This document shows positions 37,001 to 47,922 of a stretch of DNA of 64,000 nucleotides, piece by piece. The notes under the pieces were generated by a model. The model was not told where the DNA came from. It was given only the letters and a program-made list of their open reading frames with translations, and did not search any database. The DNA comes from Stylophora pistillata (taxonomy: Eukaryota): contig NW_019218237.1 of the NCBI RefSeq assembly GCF_002571385.2, forward strand, positions 17,916 through 81,915, read 5' to 3'. The number at the start of each line of letters is the position of its first letter. Position 1 is the first letter of the stretch. The translations under genes and the position numbers were made by a program.

Positions 37001-38930
37001 CACACTTAAAACAACTGATACATTTGAGATGTATCCAGGTCTTGTTGGATATGTTTGATTGCCCACGTTTTGAATCGTTCAAATTTGGCTCCTCATCCAG
37101 GAACCAGCATAACGCGGGCGCGTTCTTCTTGTGGTGGAAACCTGCTATTGTATGTTTAAAAATAAACACAACCGCAGAAATAATTGTCCTTCTTTAAGCT
37201 TGTAATTTATATGTAAACAACGATTGCAACGAACAGCAATTGAACAATTTCATAGCACATTTTGATGACATATATATTTTGCTAAAAAAATGTAATTTTA
37301 TGTAGACATAAGCTCTGTTATCATTTATTTCTTTTGCTTTGAGGATTGGCCATTCGATATATCAACGGTACCCCATCGCAACCCTATTGTAGACCTAACT
37401 ATACGCACTCCAAAATATATATAACTTATCCTCGGCGTTGTTCGTCAAACTAAACCGCATATACCACAGGTAAACATTTTATATAAAAATGCATACTCAA
37501 AACCCTTTAGTTACCGTAACGAGGGTTTTTCTTTATAATTTGAATCAGACCTTTTTCAGACGTAATGTTTAATGATCCAAAGGCTTTTTCTGGCAGATGA
37601 TGGCGACCTCAGGGGTCTATTTTAAAATATTCTAGCGAGAAATAGGGATCCTATTGTCTGGATTATACCTTCCCATTTCAAAGAACAAGAGCTTTTCAGG
37701 ATTGACGTAGCGCCGGAACGGCTATGGCGGACTCGTCACTGTGGAAATCATGTCGTTCTACATATTGTTCATGCACTGCAGTGTTTGAGATGTCATCAAT
37801 TGAAATTGAGTTTTCGACTCACATTATTTTCTAGTTCTGAAAGGAAAGATATTGAATATACCGTAGCTGATCATGAAATTGAGAAGAAACCCAAGCTGAG
37901 TCAATACTACTGGTAAAATAAAGTACAAGGCCTTGAGAGAACTTTTTTTCGAAGACTGTATGTAATCTTTGTAATAAAGATGGAAATTTTCATATCATTC
38001 ATGAATATCATTCAGAAATTTGGAAAATAAATAAGCAATTGAGGAATGGAGAAAAATGTCCACTTTTCAGTTAGATGGGATCTATTACCAAGAAGGAGAA
38101 GAATTAAAAAATTAACCACAGTTTGTAGTTAATTGTATTCTTTTTGTAACAAGTAACGAATCCTTGTAAACAACTGTGAATGGAGCGTTAGACTGATTAC
38201 ATTTCTAACAAGTACCTTTTCCCCAGGCTGCAACAAAATGGGAAAACGATGTATTTAAAAATTCCTGTAAAAAAAAGCCCACGACTGGAATGACTTATTT
38301 TCTGGAATTGTACTCATCTTCCGGTCATATGAAAGTCATCGGATCTACTTGCGAACAAAACGTACCATTATTTCTCCGTCACTGTCCACAAATTTCACGA
38401 AGTCGGTCCCGGTGGCGTACATCAATTCATACTTGGTGACCCATTCTGAAACCGAAGCATTGCCATACCCTTGAGTCGCTATTCCAGTAACAATTTGTTC
38501 CCTTTCCAAATCGATTTTAATCCAGCAATAATTCTCCGTGACACCAAGAATAGTTTTGTCAGCTCTGTAACCCGGCGGCCAGGAGTGAAGTCTGAGCCTT
38601 GCTCGATGAGCTCCAAACCTCGTATCGTTCCCATAACATGAAAAAGCCGAGAGTTTATCATCCGTAATAAGGCCACTTTCGATGCCGAGAGGCACATTGC
38701 ATTTTCCTGTGAAAGGATTCATTACTAGATTACTAAACTGAAAAGAAAACCATATTGCCCTGCGAATAAAAACAAAACATTGGCAGGCAGGATCACAACT
38801 TGAATTCGCACTTAACTTTAACCAGTCATATTTTCTTGCGTACGTACTTACTTGGACACTCGGACTCTTCTAATCTGGTGCTAACGCACAAGCAAACGAG
38901 GAAAATCCATAACCGCATCAAAAGCTTCAT
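22976..38930 (-). CDS. Polycystin-1-like (PKD1L2/REJ-family) gene B, 17 coding exons, ~2348 aa, apparently intact
   Basis: Hand-spliced exons, all GT-AG and phase-consistent, total 7047 nt: 38852-38930, 38366-38706, 36199-36340, 35439-35548, 34970-35028, 34660-34814, 33373-34057, 32235-32853, 31195-31359, 30502-30630, 29835-30026, 28636-28875, 27541-28287, 26991-27227, 25459-26742, 24909-25080, 22976-24666. Motifs: signal peptide MKLLMRLWIFLVCLCV; discoidin; REJ (CKVMPEEGSAIITDYYITCLGWYDED); GPS (CFCTHL/SAFGG); PLAT (IQTGIWRNCGTTANV, IWHDNSGESPAWF); TRSQRLSCCLS; channel (YSGGGYIADLG, WIDNMTAAVFIEF, LNMFLAILNDAY). Confidence 0.9.
25459..26742 (-). CDS. Gene B exon 15: PLAT/LH2 domain plus TM2-TM6
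   Basis: Lies in ORF 25213..26724; acceptor tctcag at 26743, donor gtttgt at 25458; PLAT and HLWLSLF/TRSQRLSCC motifs. Confidence 0.92.
26991..28287 (-). CDS. Gene B exons 13-14: GAIN-B/GPS autoproteolysis region and TM1
   Basis: SFKKNPYTW...CMYWSPEDEEWTNRGCK | VGPKATPGKLQCFCTHL^SAFGGDLFVAPNPIDFDKV, then hydrophobic TM1 and RRADKID. Confidence 0.92.
28924..29201. mobile_element. PLE terminal remnant, inverted pair with 13-bp TSD, in a gene B intron
   Basis: Same family as 40779-41308; TSD gaaatgttagaga at 28911-28923 and 29202-29214. Confidence 0.88.
29290..29590 (+). mobile_element. LINE (CR1/L2-like) 3' end with (ATT)n tail
   Basis: FNYLSQIIKDSKNVNSFKRNV resembles a LINE ORF2 end; T-rich UTR; aataaag followed by (att)7. 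Confidence 0.6.
31521..31897. mobile_element. tRNA-containing SINE-like element with inverted duplication, nested in a MITE
   Basis: Minus strand 31592-31664 is tRNA-like (A box tagctcaattggta, B box ggttcgaatcc, AGT anticodon loop). Arms 31521-31626 and 31743-31848 are inverted. Degenerate TSD taacaaaacttactg / taaccaaaacgtactg. Host MITE ~31458-31952 (cagttgttcaaag...tatccagcggataa...gataactggg). Confidence 0.8.
36199..38706 (-). CDS. Gene B exons 2-3: F5/8 type C (discoidin) domain
   Basis: CNVPLGIESGLITDDKLSAFS...WIKIDLEREQIVTGIATQG...WVTKY in 38366-38706; TFKGNSDSNEIVRHDL...IGLRMELYGC in 36199-36340. Confidence 0.9.
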
Positions 38931-40778
38931 CTCGAGGCGCTGTTGCTTTGTTATGGAAGTCTATTCATTTCCATGTTCGTTCACAGAGCATCCTGCCAAG
39001 AATTCCACTCTTTGACAACCATTACTGACAATAAAAACGTATTCCTACGTTGCTCGTCATACGATTAACGGCTTATTTATTAAATTGTAAGCGTCAAGAG
39101 AGCTAAAGGAAGATATACAGCAAACACGTCTTAGTATTAATAATTCAAACAATGAAGCATTTATACAATTTACCGAACAGCATGGAGCTTTCAGCTTACG
39201 AATTAGTCTTTAGAATGCAAAGCCGAACACAAAGAATGCCTGTGTCGTGTTTATAAAGCTATTATATAACTGAAGAATATTTCCTTTCTTGGAGAAATTT
39301 GCTAAGAAACAACCACAAATCAACATATTGAGCGACGAAAAATCTAGAATTTATGCCTAAGCCAGAAAGGTATAAGACACCTCACTTACTATGGATATTT
39401 TAGTAAGAAAATATTTAATTTTGATAAAATTTATCGAGTTTTATGGCGAAAACAAAACCAATAACTAAAAATCAGAGTTTTAGGATAAAAATATATAACA
39501 AGCTCACAGCAGGCAAGGCATAAAACTCTGAAAAATAAATAGCCGTCAGACTACTGTCATTCATTAATTTAGCATTGTGGTCTCAGAAAAAGAACGCGGT
39601 TTTTTTTATTCTATAGTCTCAAAGACTTAGGTGCTATCCTATCAAAAGTCTAAATGGCTTCGTTGTTGCCGTATAACTAAAACGGTTTACTTTCAGGCAT
39701 TACTGCCTTGAATTGGAGTCCTCCGAATCCTAAAAAAAATCATACCTGCTCTAAGCTTCCAAACCACCTGTTAAAATTCTCATATTTGTTCAAATCAATG
39801 CAATACAATGCGAATAAGACTTGTGACAGTTTCTTAGGACGACGTAAAGTAGATTTTCAATCTGCACATAGAGGAGAACACGTTCCAAAATATCTCGAGA
39901 AAATTTTCTCTACGCAACTCCTTATTTATTGTTTTGATCATAGTCAGGTGTCAACAATATTTACCAAACATTTGGCACCAAATGACATATGTAAAATTTA
40001 AATTCAATAGCTGGAGCATGAGGTACAAAAGTCACTCTTGATGCCCATGCTATCTATGAGCTCCTACACAAGCGAAATTGACGCGTGGTCAGCAACGTTC
40101 AAGGAAAAATACCTGTTTGTCATACCTTAAATACTTCAGTAGGAAAAGTCTGGTCTAATCTCTCTGAAATACCACAAATAAGATTGTTTTGTTTGTTTGT
40201 TTGTTTGCCTGTCTTTATTGTTGTTGTTTTTTTTTCTTTTTTTCATTTTTGACTTTTCAAAAGAGCAACTTCAAAATGTTTTAAAACTCTGCAACATCAT
40301 CGGAAGTCACCGAATATGACAAAGTTCATTCACCAGCTACTTATATCAACGTCCATATTTTCTTTTCCTTTTTTTTTAAAATTAATTCAGTAATTCATTT
40401 TCCTGCTTAAACCTTGCCCAGCCGATCGAAAATTTCTGAAACTACCGAGAGAAGAGGGCAAAGTTTGTTTTGCAAGTTTGGGATGGTACGACATTTAACG
40501 TTGTGTGCTGAGACAGTAATGTTTAAGCCATGAACCAAAATATGGCCTAAAATTTGGCAATTTTAGCTCACTTAAGACCTATAAGTATCATTAAAAAGAC
40601 TTAGATATACCGGAGGCAAAAATTAAAAGACTTACCGAAATGGATCGATATTAGCCTCTCTTTCTGAGGAATTCTATTTTTCCTTTTTAGATCCTCGAGG
40701 GTTAAGTCAGACATAGCCCCCTTTAATTATTTATTTATTTTGCATTGTTGTTGATGAACCAAAACCTCTATTTCATGA

Positions 40779-41308
40779 AATAATTTGGATATATCAACAA
40801 AGTTGAAATGGTAAATTGTCCACCGTAAAGATTACAAAAGCTGACGTTTCGAGCGTTAGCCCTTCGTCGGAGCGAATAGAGGAATTGTGGGTTGTGTGTG
40901 CTTTTAAAGGCAGAAAATGGAGCTACGTTATTTGTGGGAACATGGCAACGAGAAAAACATGAATAAATTAGTGGAATGAAAAGCGTTCGTTGAACCCTGT
41001 GGGATTTAGACTGCCGGTTTGAAAGATGAGCTTTTGTTCAAGATTTTTACGGCTTTCCGTGCCACCTANTGTTTTTCTCGTTGCCATGTTCCCACCAATA
41101 ACGTAGCTCCATTTTCTGCCTTTAAAAGCACACACAACCCACAATTCCTCTATTCGCTCCGACGAAGGGCTAACGCTCGAAACGTCAGCTTTTGTAATCG
41201 TTACGGTGGCCAATTTACCATTTCAACTTTGTTGATATATCCAAATTATTTCGTTACTCCCACCGACGCAGCCCCAAACAGTTTCTTTCGAAACTATCAG
41301 CCTTTATT
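40779..41308. mobile_element. Penelope-like element (PLE) remnant: inverted terminal copies, GIY-YIG C-terminal fragment, 14-bp TSD
   Basis: Minus arm encodes GGTESRKNLEQKLIFQTGSLNPTGFNERFSFH*, resembling a PLE endonuclease end. Arms are inverted around the N at 41069. TSD cctctatttcatga at 40765-40778 and 41309-41322. Hammerhead-like motif in both arms. Confidence 0.85.
41156..41189 (+). ncRNA. Minimal hammerhead ribozyme-like motif in PLE end (further copies ~29048+, ~28982-, ~40840-, ~42430+, ~20550-)
   Basis: gct CCGACGA a gggc-taac-gctc GAAA CGUC agc: core with U4C change, helix II, palindromic ACGU in place of helix III, short helix I. Activity unknown. Confidence 0.6.
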
Positions 41309-42309
41309 CCTCTATTTCATGACTGAATTTACCTTTTATAGCTCCTGAAATCACTTTCGAGAACTGGTCCAAATACCTCGATGTGTCTTTCTCCTGCTTC
41401 TAGGGTGAAATTTTCTTAAGAAAAATGGAACCGGAGTGTAATAGTGGAATTGTGAAAATGTCGCGTCTACTTCGTATTTGCTTTATTTTAATGTTCCCAT
41501 TAACTCGTCTACTGTAGCAGGTGCGTTACGACATTTTCGTAATCCTGGTGATGAAATATTACTATTTCAGACAACTAAAAATTATTGAATTAAGGATGTG
41601 TCTAAGGAACAGCGTCTTTATGTCCTCAGCCTTTGTTTTACGTTTTTATTACTGCCCATTAACTCGATGTACTATATCTGCAGATGTGTTAAGACATTTT
41701 AGGATGCTGTAATGTGGCTCTTTCGTTTCTTTGTTGAGCTAATTTTTTCCTTTCATATCGTTACCTTTTTTAACCCGCCATCAACATTTTACTTTTTGTG
41801 TTATTCATAATTTCTCCACATCCGTTGGCTGCGCAATGAGGCCTTGAATCTTCCTTCATTCAAATTTCAGATTATTCTATTCCGAACATGACAGGATCTT
41901 TTAGACCCCTGGGTTCACCCATTACCAAAAGCATTCGTGACATTCAAATTCAAAGTGACTTGCAATGTTTAGAGAACCATAACGACTCTAAAGGATTGAC
42001 TCATTCTCTCATGCAATAAAAGCTAGTTAATGCTGTATACAACAACAGACCCGAAAGGTTCCACAAAACGTAACTAAAATTATGTAACCCTGGGAATGCT
42101 ATATGTTCCATAATGAAAAATATAAAAAAAAAATACTGTGTTAGAGATCTGTCGCTACTCTTTCGTATTCAGCAAATAAGGTAATTAAATATTTATATAA
42201 AGGCCAATAAATGAAAATTTCTTGATATGACTGCAAGATCTCAAATAGAGGTAGAGGGAATGTCCTCTAGACGTATTAATCTCAAGTTTAAAGTGTGGGA
42301 CTTAAATTG

Positions 42310-42620
42310 TACTGATAAGGAACCTAAATCTGAAACACTACTACGCTTAGCCGAACTAGTGCTCACACTCAATAACGGCGCTCCATTTTCTGCCTTTAAA
42401 AGCACACACAACCCACAATTCCCCTATTCGCTCCGACGAAGGGCTAACGCTCGAAACGTCAGCTTTTGTAATCCTTACGGTGGCCAATTTACCATTTCAA
42501 CTTTGTAGATATATCCAAATTATTTCGTTACTCCCACCGACGCAGCCCCAAACAGTTTCTTTCGAAACTATCAGCCTTTATTCCTCTATTTCTTTATTCC
42601 TCTATTTCTTTATTCCTCTA
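42310..42620 (+). mobile_element. Internally deleted PLE: RT fragment fused to 3' terminus
   Basis: EPKSETLLRLAELVLTLNN (PLE RT-like) is joined to the same 3' end as the 41-kb copy. Flanked by a ~47-bp direct duplication (42263-42309 and ~42614-42660). Confidence 0.8.
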
Positions 42621-42942
42621 GACGTATTAATCTCAAGTTTAAAGTGTGGCACTTGAATTGCTTGACTACTCACCCGGCAGCATTGAAGTTTTTCGAGATT
42701 AGGAAGTCTTTTGCAGCTCTACGGTACAGGAGATCTTTCCTGTTCTACTATCTCCTGCGGTGTAGCGACCATCTTGTGACAGTCACTAAATCAAGTTATC
42801 TTTAGCTGAATCCGCAACTTATTGTTTACGTTTTAGCTGCTATTGAGCAAACACATCGTTGCGGAACTTTAAGACGAAACGCAGGCTTGGTTTCAAATCC
42901 AGGTGATTTTTATTCCTTTAAGTAAGTCATACAAAAATACAT

Positions 42943-43649
42943 AAAAGTGAAAAAGCAATTAAAAATTTCTACTTATCTATGCAAGGTTGGTATGGAAAAT
43001 TATAGTATGAAAGAAATTGAGATTACGAGTACAAACTCAGTTGCCATCTACCATAAGAACCAATTTTCTAGAAAGACCATTACCATTTATCTTAACCTAA
43101 AACCTAAAACTTCAATAGTAATAAACAAAAAAAGTAACGAGAAGTTGGGAGAGCAGGAAAGACTTTTAAGTTTTAGCCTCGTGCGACTCTTGAAAGAGTC
43201 GCACGAGGCTAAAACATGCCGTTTATCATCAGCAACCTTGACAATCTTAACAAACAATTGTTACGGGAAAATGTAGCGATTTTACCGTTTGTTTGTTTGA
43301 AGCATATTTCTCGGTTTTTTTTTTTTTTATTACTCTAACTGTTTTCAATTTATTTGAGTTTCCTTTATTGTGATGTTTGAAAATATAGAAAAGCCACGTA
43401 GTTTTGAATACTCGACTAATACATTTTTTTTATTTTGTCTTCATTGTACAGCTGCATGTCGGTACTTTTGTTGTTCAATACTAATGAATTTTTAGGTAAA
43501 TATAATTGTCAATGGTCTTTCGGGAAAAAGTGGTTTTCAATGTAGTTGGGAGCTGAGTTTGTGCTCGTAATCTCAATTTGTTTCACACGACAATTTTCCA
43601 CGCCAATCCTTCATAAATAAGTAGAAACTTTTAATTGCTTTTCACTTTA
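42943..43649. mobile_element. Non-autonomous DNA transposon with ~58-bp imperfect TIRs
   Basis: aaagtgaaaaagcaattaaaaatttctacttatctatgcaaggttggtatggaaaatt versus aattttccacgccaatccttcataaataagtagaaacttttaattgcttttcacttt. Confidence 0.65.
43170..43215. repeat. Perfect 46-bp hairpin (mini-MITE-like)
   Basis: gttttagcctcgtgcgactctt-ga-aagagtcgcacgaggctaaaac. Confidence 0.85.
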
Positions 43650-44366
43650 ATTTATTTCCTAAGCTGCTCTATTGTAACTAAGAGAGGTGTATTTTTAATA
43701 TCAGAGCTGTGAATTCTCACCTAAGTTTCCAATTTTTAATGACCTAAAGTCTATTGTATCCGCTTTCTCAATTTTAAAATCCACTCCGTCGTAGAAACAG
43801 GTAGAGTATTTAACAAGAAATCGGTTTACTTTAAAGAGACCTTTTTAGTCCGCTCTTTTGAGTTACTGATCAAATATTGTAATTTGTGAAACAATGGGAC
43901 TTCACACCAGTTCGTACTTAAGAAACTACGTTGTAACGGTTTTTCGATTGCATTTCGCGATTACATCCCGCAATTTCATTGTGCGATTACATTTGCCATT
44001 ACAACCAGCGATTGCAAGTTGTGTAGGTAAGAGGTCATGTCAGTTGCTGGCCTGACCTAGTAAAACTACTGTGGAACAAAAACGCTGTCTGATCCTTGAC
44101 GTCCGTACAAGCTCGTTTGAAGTAGATCACCGTGGACCAGGAAATCGTGACGAGATTATGACGTTCCATCCTATTTTCCTCCATTCTTGTTATGCCTTCT
44201 GCAAGAGTTCAGTTGTGAGCAAAATATAAAAAAGGCTACTTTAAATTCATCAATGAGCTACTTTTATTCTTCCTTGAACGCTCCATATACCTAAGCATCA
44301 AAAATGAACTCTTACATTGAGGAATCCAAATATCTGTCACTAAAAAATGGTTCCTATTGATACCGC

Positions 44367-44537
44367 TCAACCCTTTACATTCTAACATCAGTATGCAAGC
44401 TCTCCATACTTTTCTCTATACATTCCCTATGGTGCTTACAAGGAGAATTTCTCTAACAATCAAGAGACATTTAATGTTTGATTGACAGGTGATATTGTGA
44501 GGCGAAATAAGATGTTAGTAAGTCTTAGGAGTTAGGA
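44367..44537. mobile_element. piggyBac-like MITE family; relatives at ~21250-21388, ~30805-30965, ~54535-54730, ~54830-55035
   Basis: Shared core catcagtatgca..tctccatact.tt.tctatacatt.cct..ggtgct.acaagga.aattt; ends of the type aaccctttaca / aaagggttaa. Confidence 0.55.
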
Positions 44538-44999
44538 GCTTCTGTTGTCAGAATGTAGTATCATGAATGCTCTTACCAGAAATACATTTTACTCATTTGA
44601 ATTCACTATTAAGCCTCAAAGAAACCCCATAAGTTTAACTTACAGCCTTGTTTCTGTTTTCGAATCTGTTACGGCAAAGCTCAAAACAGATATCAACTCA
44701 GTGTGGATGTCCATAAATTGAGACTTCTATTTCACCAAGCAGGTCATCTTCATAAGGAATGTCTTTGATACAACTACGGAAGTTGTCAGTCTTAACTTCC
44801 TCTTCCGTGGTGAGTTTAACAGGATAAGTGATATCAATAGCCCTTATCGCATTTGTGTCTGCAATGCAAAGGGTCCGCGGAGTTACAGTTTCAGGACGAG
44901 GCTATCGGGTCAACGTTTCTCGAGAAACACCAGAACCACTCCATGTCTAACTCTAGAATCTGCGTTTTTTTCTCCCGAGGAAAAGGTTAAAATTCTTAG

Positions 45000-45630
45000 T
45001 GGTAATTGTCCTGGCATCACGAAAGGAAGATTGAAAGAATGGCTGTCCTTTCGGAAGGGAACGGCAAAATTTTGTCGCGTTTGTTCATGACTGCGGTTGT
45101 CATTCCTTTGTCGGCCTTTCTGAGGTTTAACTCAGAGTCACGTTTCAAGGCCCTCAGGCCTTGCGTTCGACCGTAAGCAAATTATCTTTTGGTTTTGTAA
45201 TTTCTATTTCTGAAACGTCACTTTTAACCTCTTGACCCGATAGCCTCGTTTCGAAACTTTAAAGTCCGCTGAGCTCTCGTACAGTGGGCGTAAATGCGAT
45301 AAGGGCTATTGTTGGCGAAGCTGGCGGCATAACAATGTTATTCTTAGCTTCTTCGTTAGATGATTTAGTGAAGCATTGCTCTTCACCGCTCTCTTTTACA
45401 TCATAGCTTCGGTTCTTTGAGAAACATTTTTTTGAAAGATATTTACCCAGCGACTTCATTGTAGAATGGGTGTGAGCAAGAAACTCTTTCCCTTTATTTC
45501 TTATGGTATTGCACTTGAAAATCCCAAGTTCTGCGTCGAAAAAATAAACTCCTTTTTCCTCCTTGACCTCTCATATGCATCAACCAAAATAGCTATAAAT
45601 ATATTGATCAGTACGCTTTGAATGGTTGAT
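45000..45630 (-). pseudogene. Decayed 3' fragment of a third polycystin-like gene (last TM and cytoplasmic tail)
   Basis: TIQSVLINIFIAILVDAYERSRRKKEFI, then a frameshift in a homopolymer near 45540 to DAELGIFKCNTIRNKGKEF. Aligns with gene B IFLNMFLAILNDAYTQSRK...EDLEL. Stops follow downstream; left boundary approximate. Confidence 0.6.
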
Positions 45631-45835
45631 TATTCATATCTCATTTGCCCAATGACACAACAGCCAGAGCTCTTTATATTTTTTTTATGTCTGAAGTCTT
45701 TTTTTTTTTTTTCGCTTTGGCTGTTCAAACTGCATGGTGGACTAGCTGTTTTAATTCTCATACAAAACTTCCCCATAGAAAAAGGAAAGCAATTCTATGC
45801 TTTGGCCTTGGCATTCTTCTGTCTTATGAAGTTGC

Positions 45836-47359
45836 TGCCATAAAGCCGCATGTTCATAAAGCGGCAGAACATTGTGATGTGTTTGCAGAAAACATTTCTG
45901 AGTTGTCCTAATTACCTTTCTTACAATGCTAATAGTCACCCTCCTCACCCCTTTGTTTTTCGTGTTTAAACGTTCTTTGGCGTGGTACCTACTTTAGTCA
46001 TAATACTTTTTTCATCTTAAAGAAGTTATTACTGAGTTTTTATCATGAATGATGTTGTAGCTGTTGTCATAGCAGGATGTGTAGCAGGATAAGTAACTTT
46101 TCTTGCTATGTTTAATAACATAATGCCATGAATGATCAAAACTAAGGAAAACAAAAATTACATATAATTACATGACTCAACAAAGCTGTTTCCACTCTGA
46201 GGAAACATTCCTAGGGAAACCTCTAAAATGCAATATCAGAAACAGTTTAAAAATGCGGTTCTTAAGTCTGTGTCATTAGTCATGGAAAATTACTAATTAT
46301 TATTCATCGCAAAAAAAATCAGCCTAAAAAACCTTAAAATTTTCTCCACAGCCATTTCCACACCTTTTCGATGTTAGAGTTAAGCTTTCTCACTATTGCA
46401 CCGAACATAAAACGACATTTTAGCAGAACTCAAACAAAAGAGTACAAAAAAGGTAACGCTTCCTTTTATCGAACAACAACAAACATATGAAACATATGAG
46501 TGAACTGCGGTTATGAGACGTATATAAGAACGATCCTTCGCAGTAAAGCACTATTTGAGCAATAGTGGAAATCAGACCTGTTCGAATCCCGTACAGGCCT
46601 GAAATTTTTTTTTTCAGGTCTGATTTCCACTATTGCTCAAATAGTGCTTTACTGCGAAGGATCGTTCTTATATACGTCTCATAACCGCAGTTCACTCATA
46701 TGTTTCATATGTTTGTTGTTGTTCGATAAAAGGAAGCGTTACCTTTTTTGTACTCTTTTGTTTGAGTTCTGCTAAAATGTCGTTTTATGTTCGGTGCAAT
46801 AGTGAGAAAGCTTAACTCTAACATCGAAAAGGTGTGGAAATGGCTGTGGAGAAAATTTTAAGGTTTTTTAGGCTGATTTTTTTTGCGATGAATAATAATT
46901 AGTAATTTTCCATGACTAATGACACAGACTTAAGAACCGCATTTTTAAACTGTTTCTGATATTGCATTTTAGAGGTTTCCCTAGGAATGTTTCCTCAGAG
47001 TGGAAACAGCTTTGTTGAGTCATGTAATTATATGTAATTTTTGTTTTCCTTAGTTTTGATCATTCATGGCATTATGTTATTAAACATAGCAAGAAAAGTT
47101 ACTTATCCTGCTACACATCCTGCTATGACAACAGCTACAACATCATTCATGATAAAAACTCAGTAATAACTTCTTTAAGATGAAAAAAGTATTATGACTA
47201 AAGTAGGTACCACGCCAAAGAACGTTTAAACACGAAAAACAAAGGGGTGAGGAGGGTGACTATTAGCATTGTAAGAAAGGTAATTAGGACAACTCAGAAA
47301 TGTTTTCTGCAAACACATCACAATGTTCTGCCGCTTTATGAACATGCGGCTTTATGGCA
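45836..47359. other. 745-bp inverted repeat ending at a contig join (probable fold-back misassembly)
   Basis: Arms 45836-46580 and 46615-47359 look identical by eye, with a 34-nt loop inside the tRNA element; the right arm stops at N47360. Confidence 0.8.
46487..46710. mobile_element. Second, 5'-truncated copy of the tRNA-containing element with inverted arms
   Basis: gttcgaatcccgtacaggcctga-T-run-caggtctgatttccactattgctcaaatag...actgcgaaggatcg...ccgcagttca matches 31757-31868. Confidence 0.8.
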
Positions 47360-47360
47360 N

Positions 47361-47922
47361 GCTGACGGTTGTGCTCTTGAAATTGATGAAACAGATGTTA
47401 GTGAAGCTGTTGCTGGTACAAAGAGTGATGCTGTCGTTGAATCGACTGGATAAGATGTTGGCGTTGATGTTTTTGGCGCTTCAGGCGATGTGGTCGTGGA
47501 ATCCGATCGAGAAGATGCTGGTGCTTTTGTTTCAAGAACAACAGGTGCTGACGGTTGTGCTCTTGAAATTGATGAAACAGATGTTAGTGAAGCTGTTGCT
47601 GGTACAAAGAGTGATGCTGTCGTTGAATCGACTGGATAAGATGTTGGCGTTGATGTTTTTGGCGCTTCAGGCGATGTGGTCGTGGAATCCGATCGAGAAG
47701 ATGCTGGTGCTTTTGTTTCAAGAACAACAGGTGCTGACGGTTGTGCTCTTGAAATTGATGAAACAGATGTTAGTGAAGCTGTTGCTGGTACAAAGAGTGA
47801 TGCTGTCGTTGAATCGACTGGATAAGATGTTGGCGTTGATGTTTTTGGCGCTTCAGGCGTTGTTGTTGTCGAATACGATCGAGAAGATGCTGGTGCTTTT
47901 GTTTCAAGAACAACAGGCGCTG
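47361..47922 (-). repeat. 186-bp (62-aa) coding tandem repeat, 3 near-identical copies, truncated by contig join
   Basis: gctgacggttgtgctcttgaaattg recurs at 47361, 47547 and 47733. Confidence 0.95.

Noticed and set aside
40968-42508. ORFs 40968..41213, 41019..41348 and 42227..42508 as host genes
   Set aside because: Translations of Penelope remnants and their flanks, two of them crossing an N.
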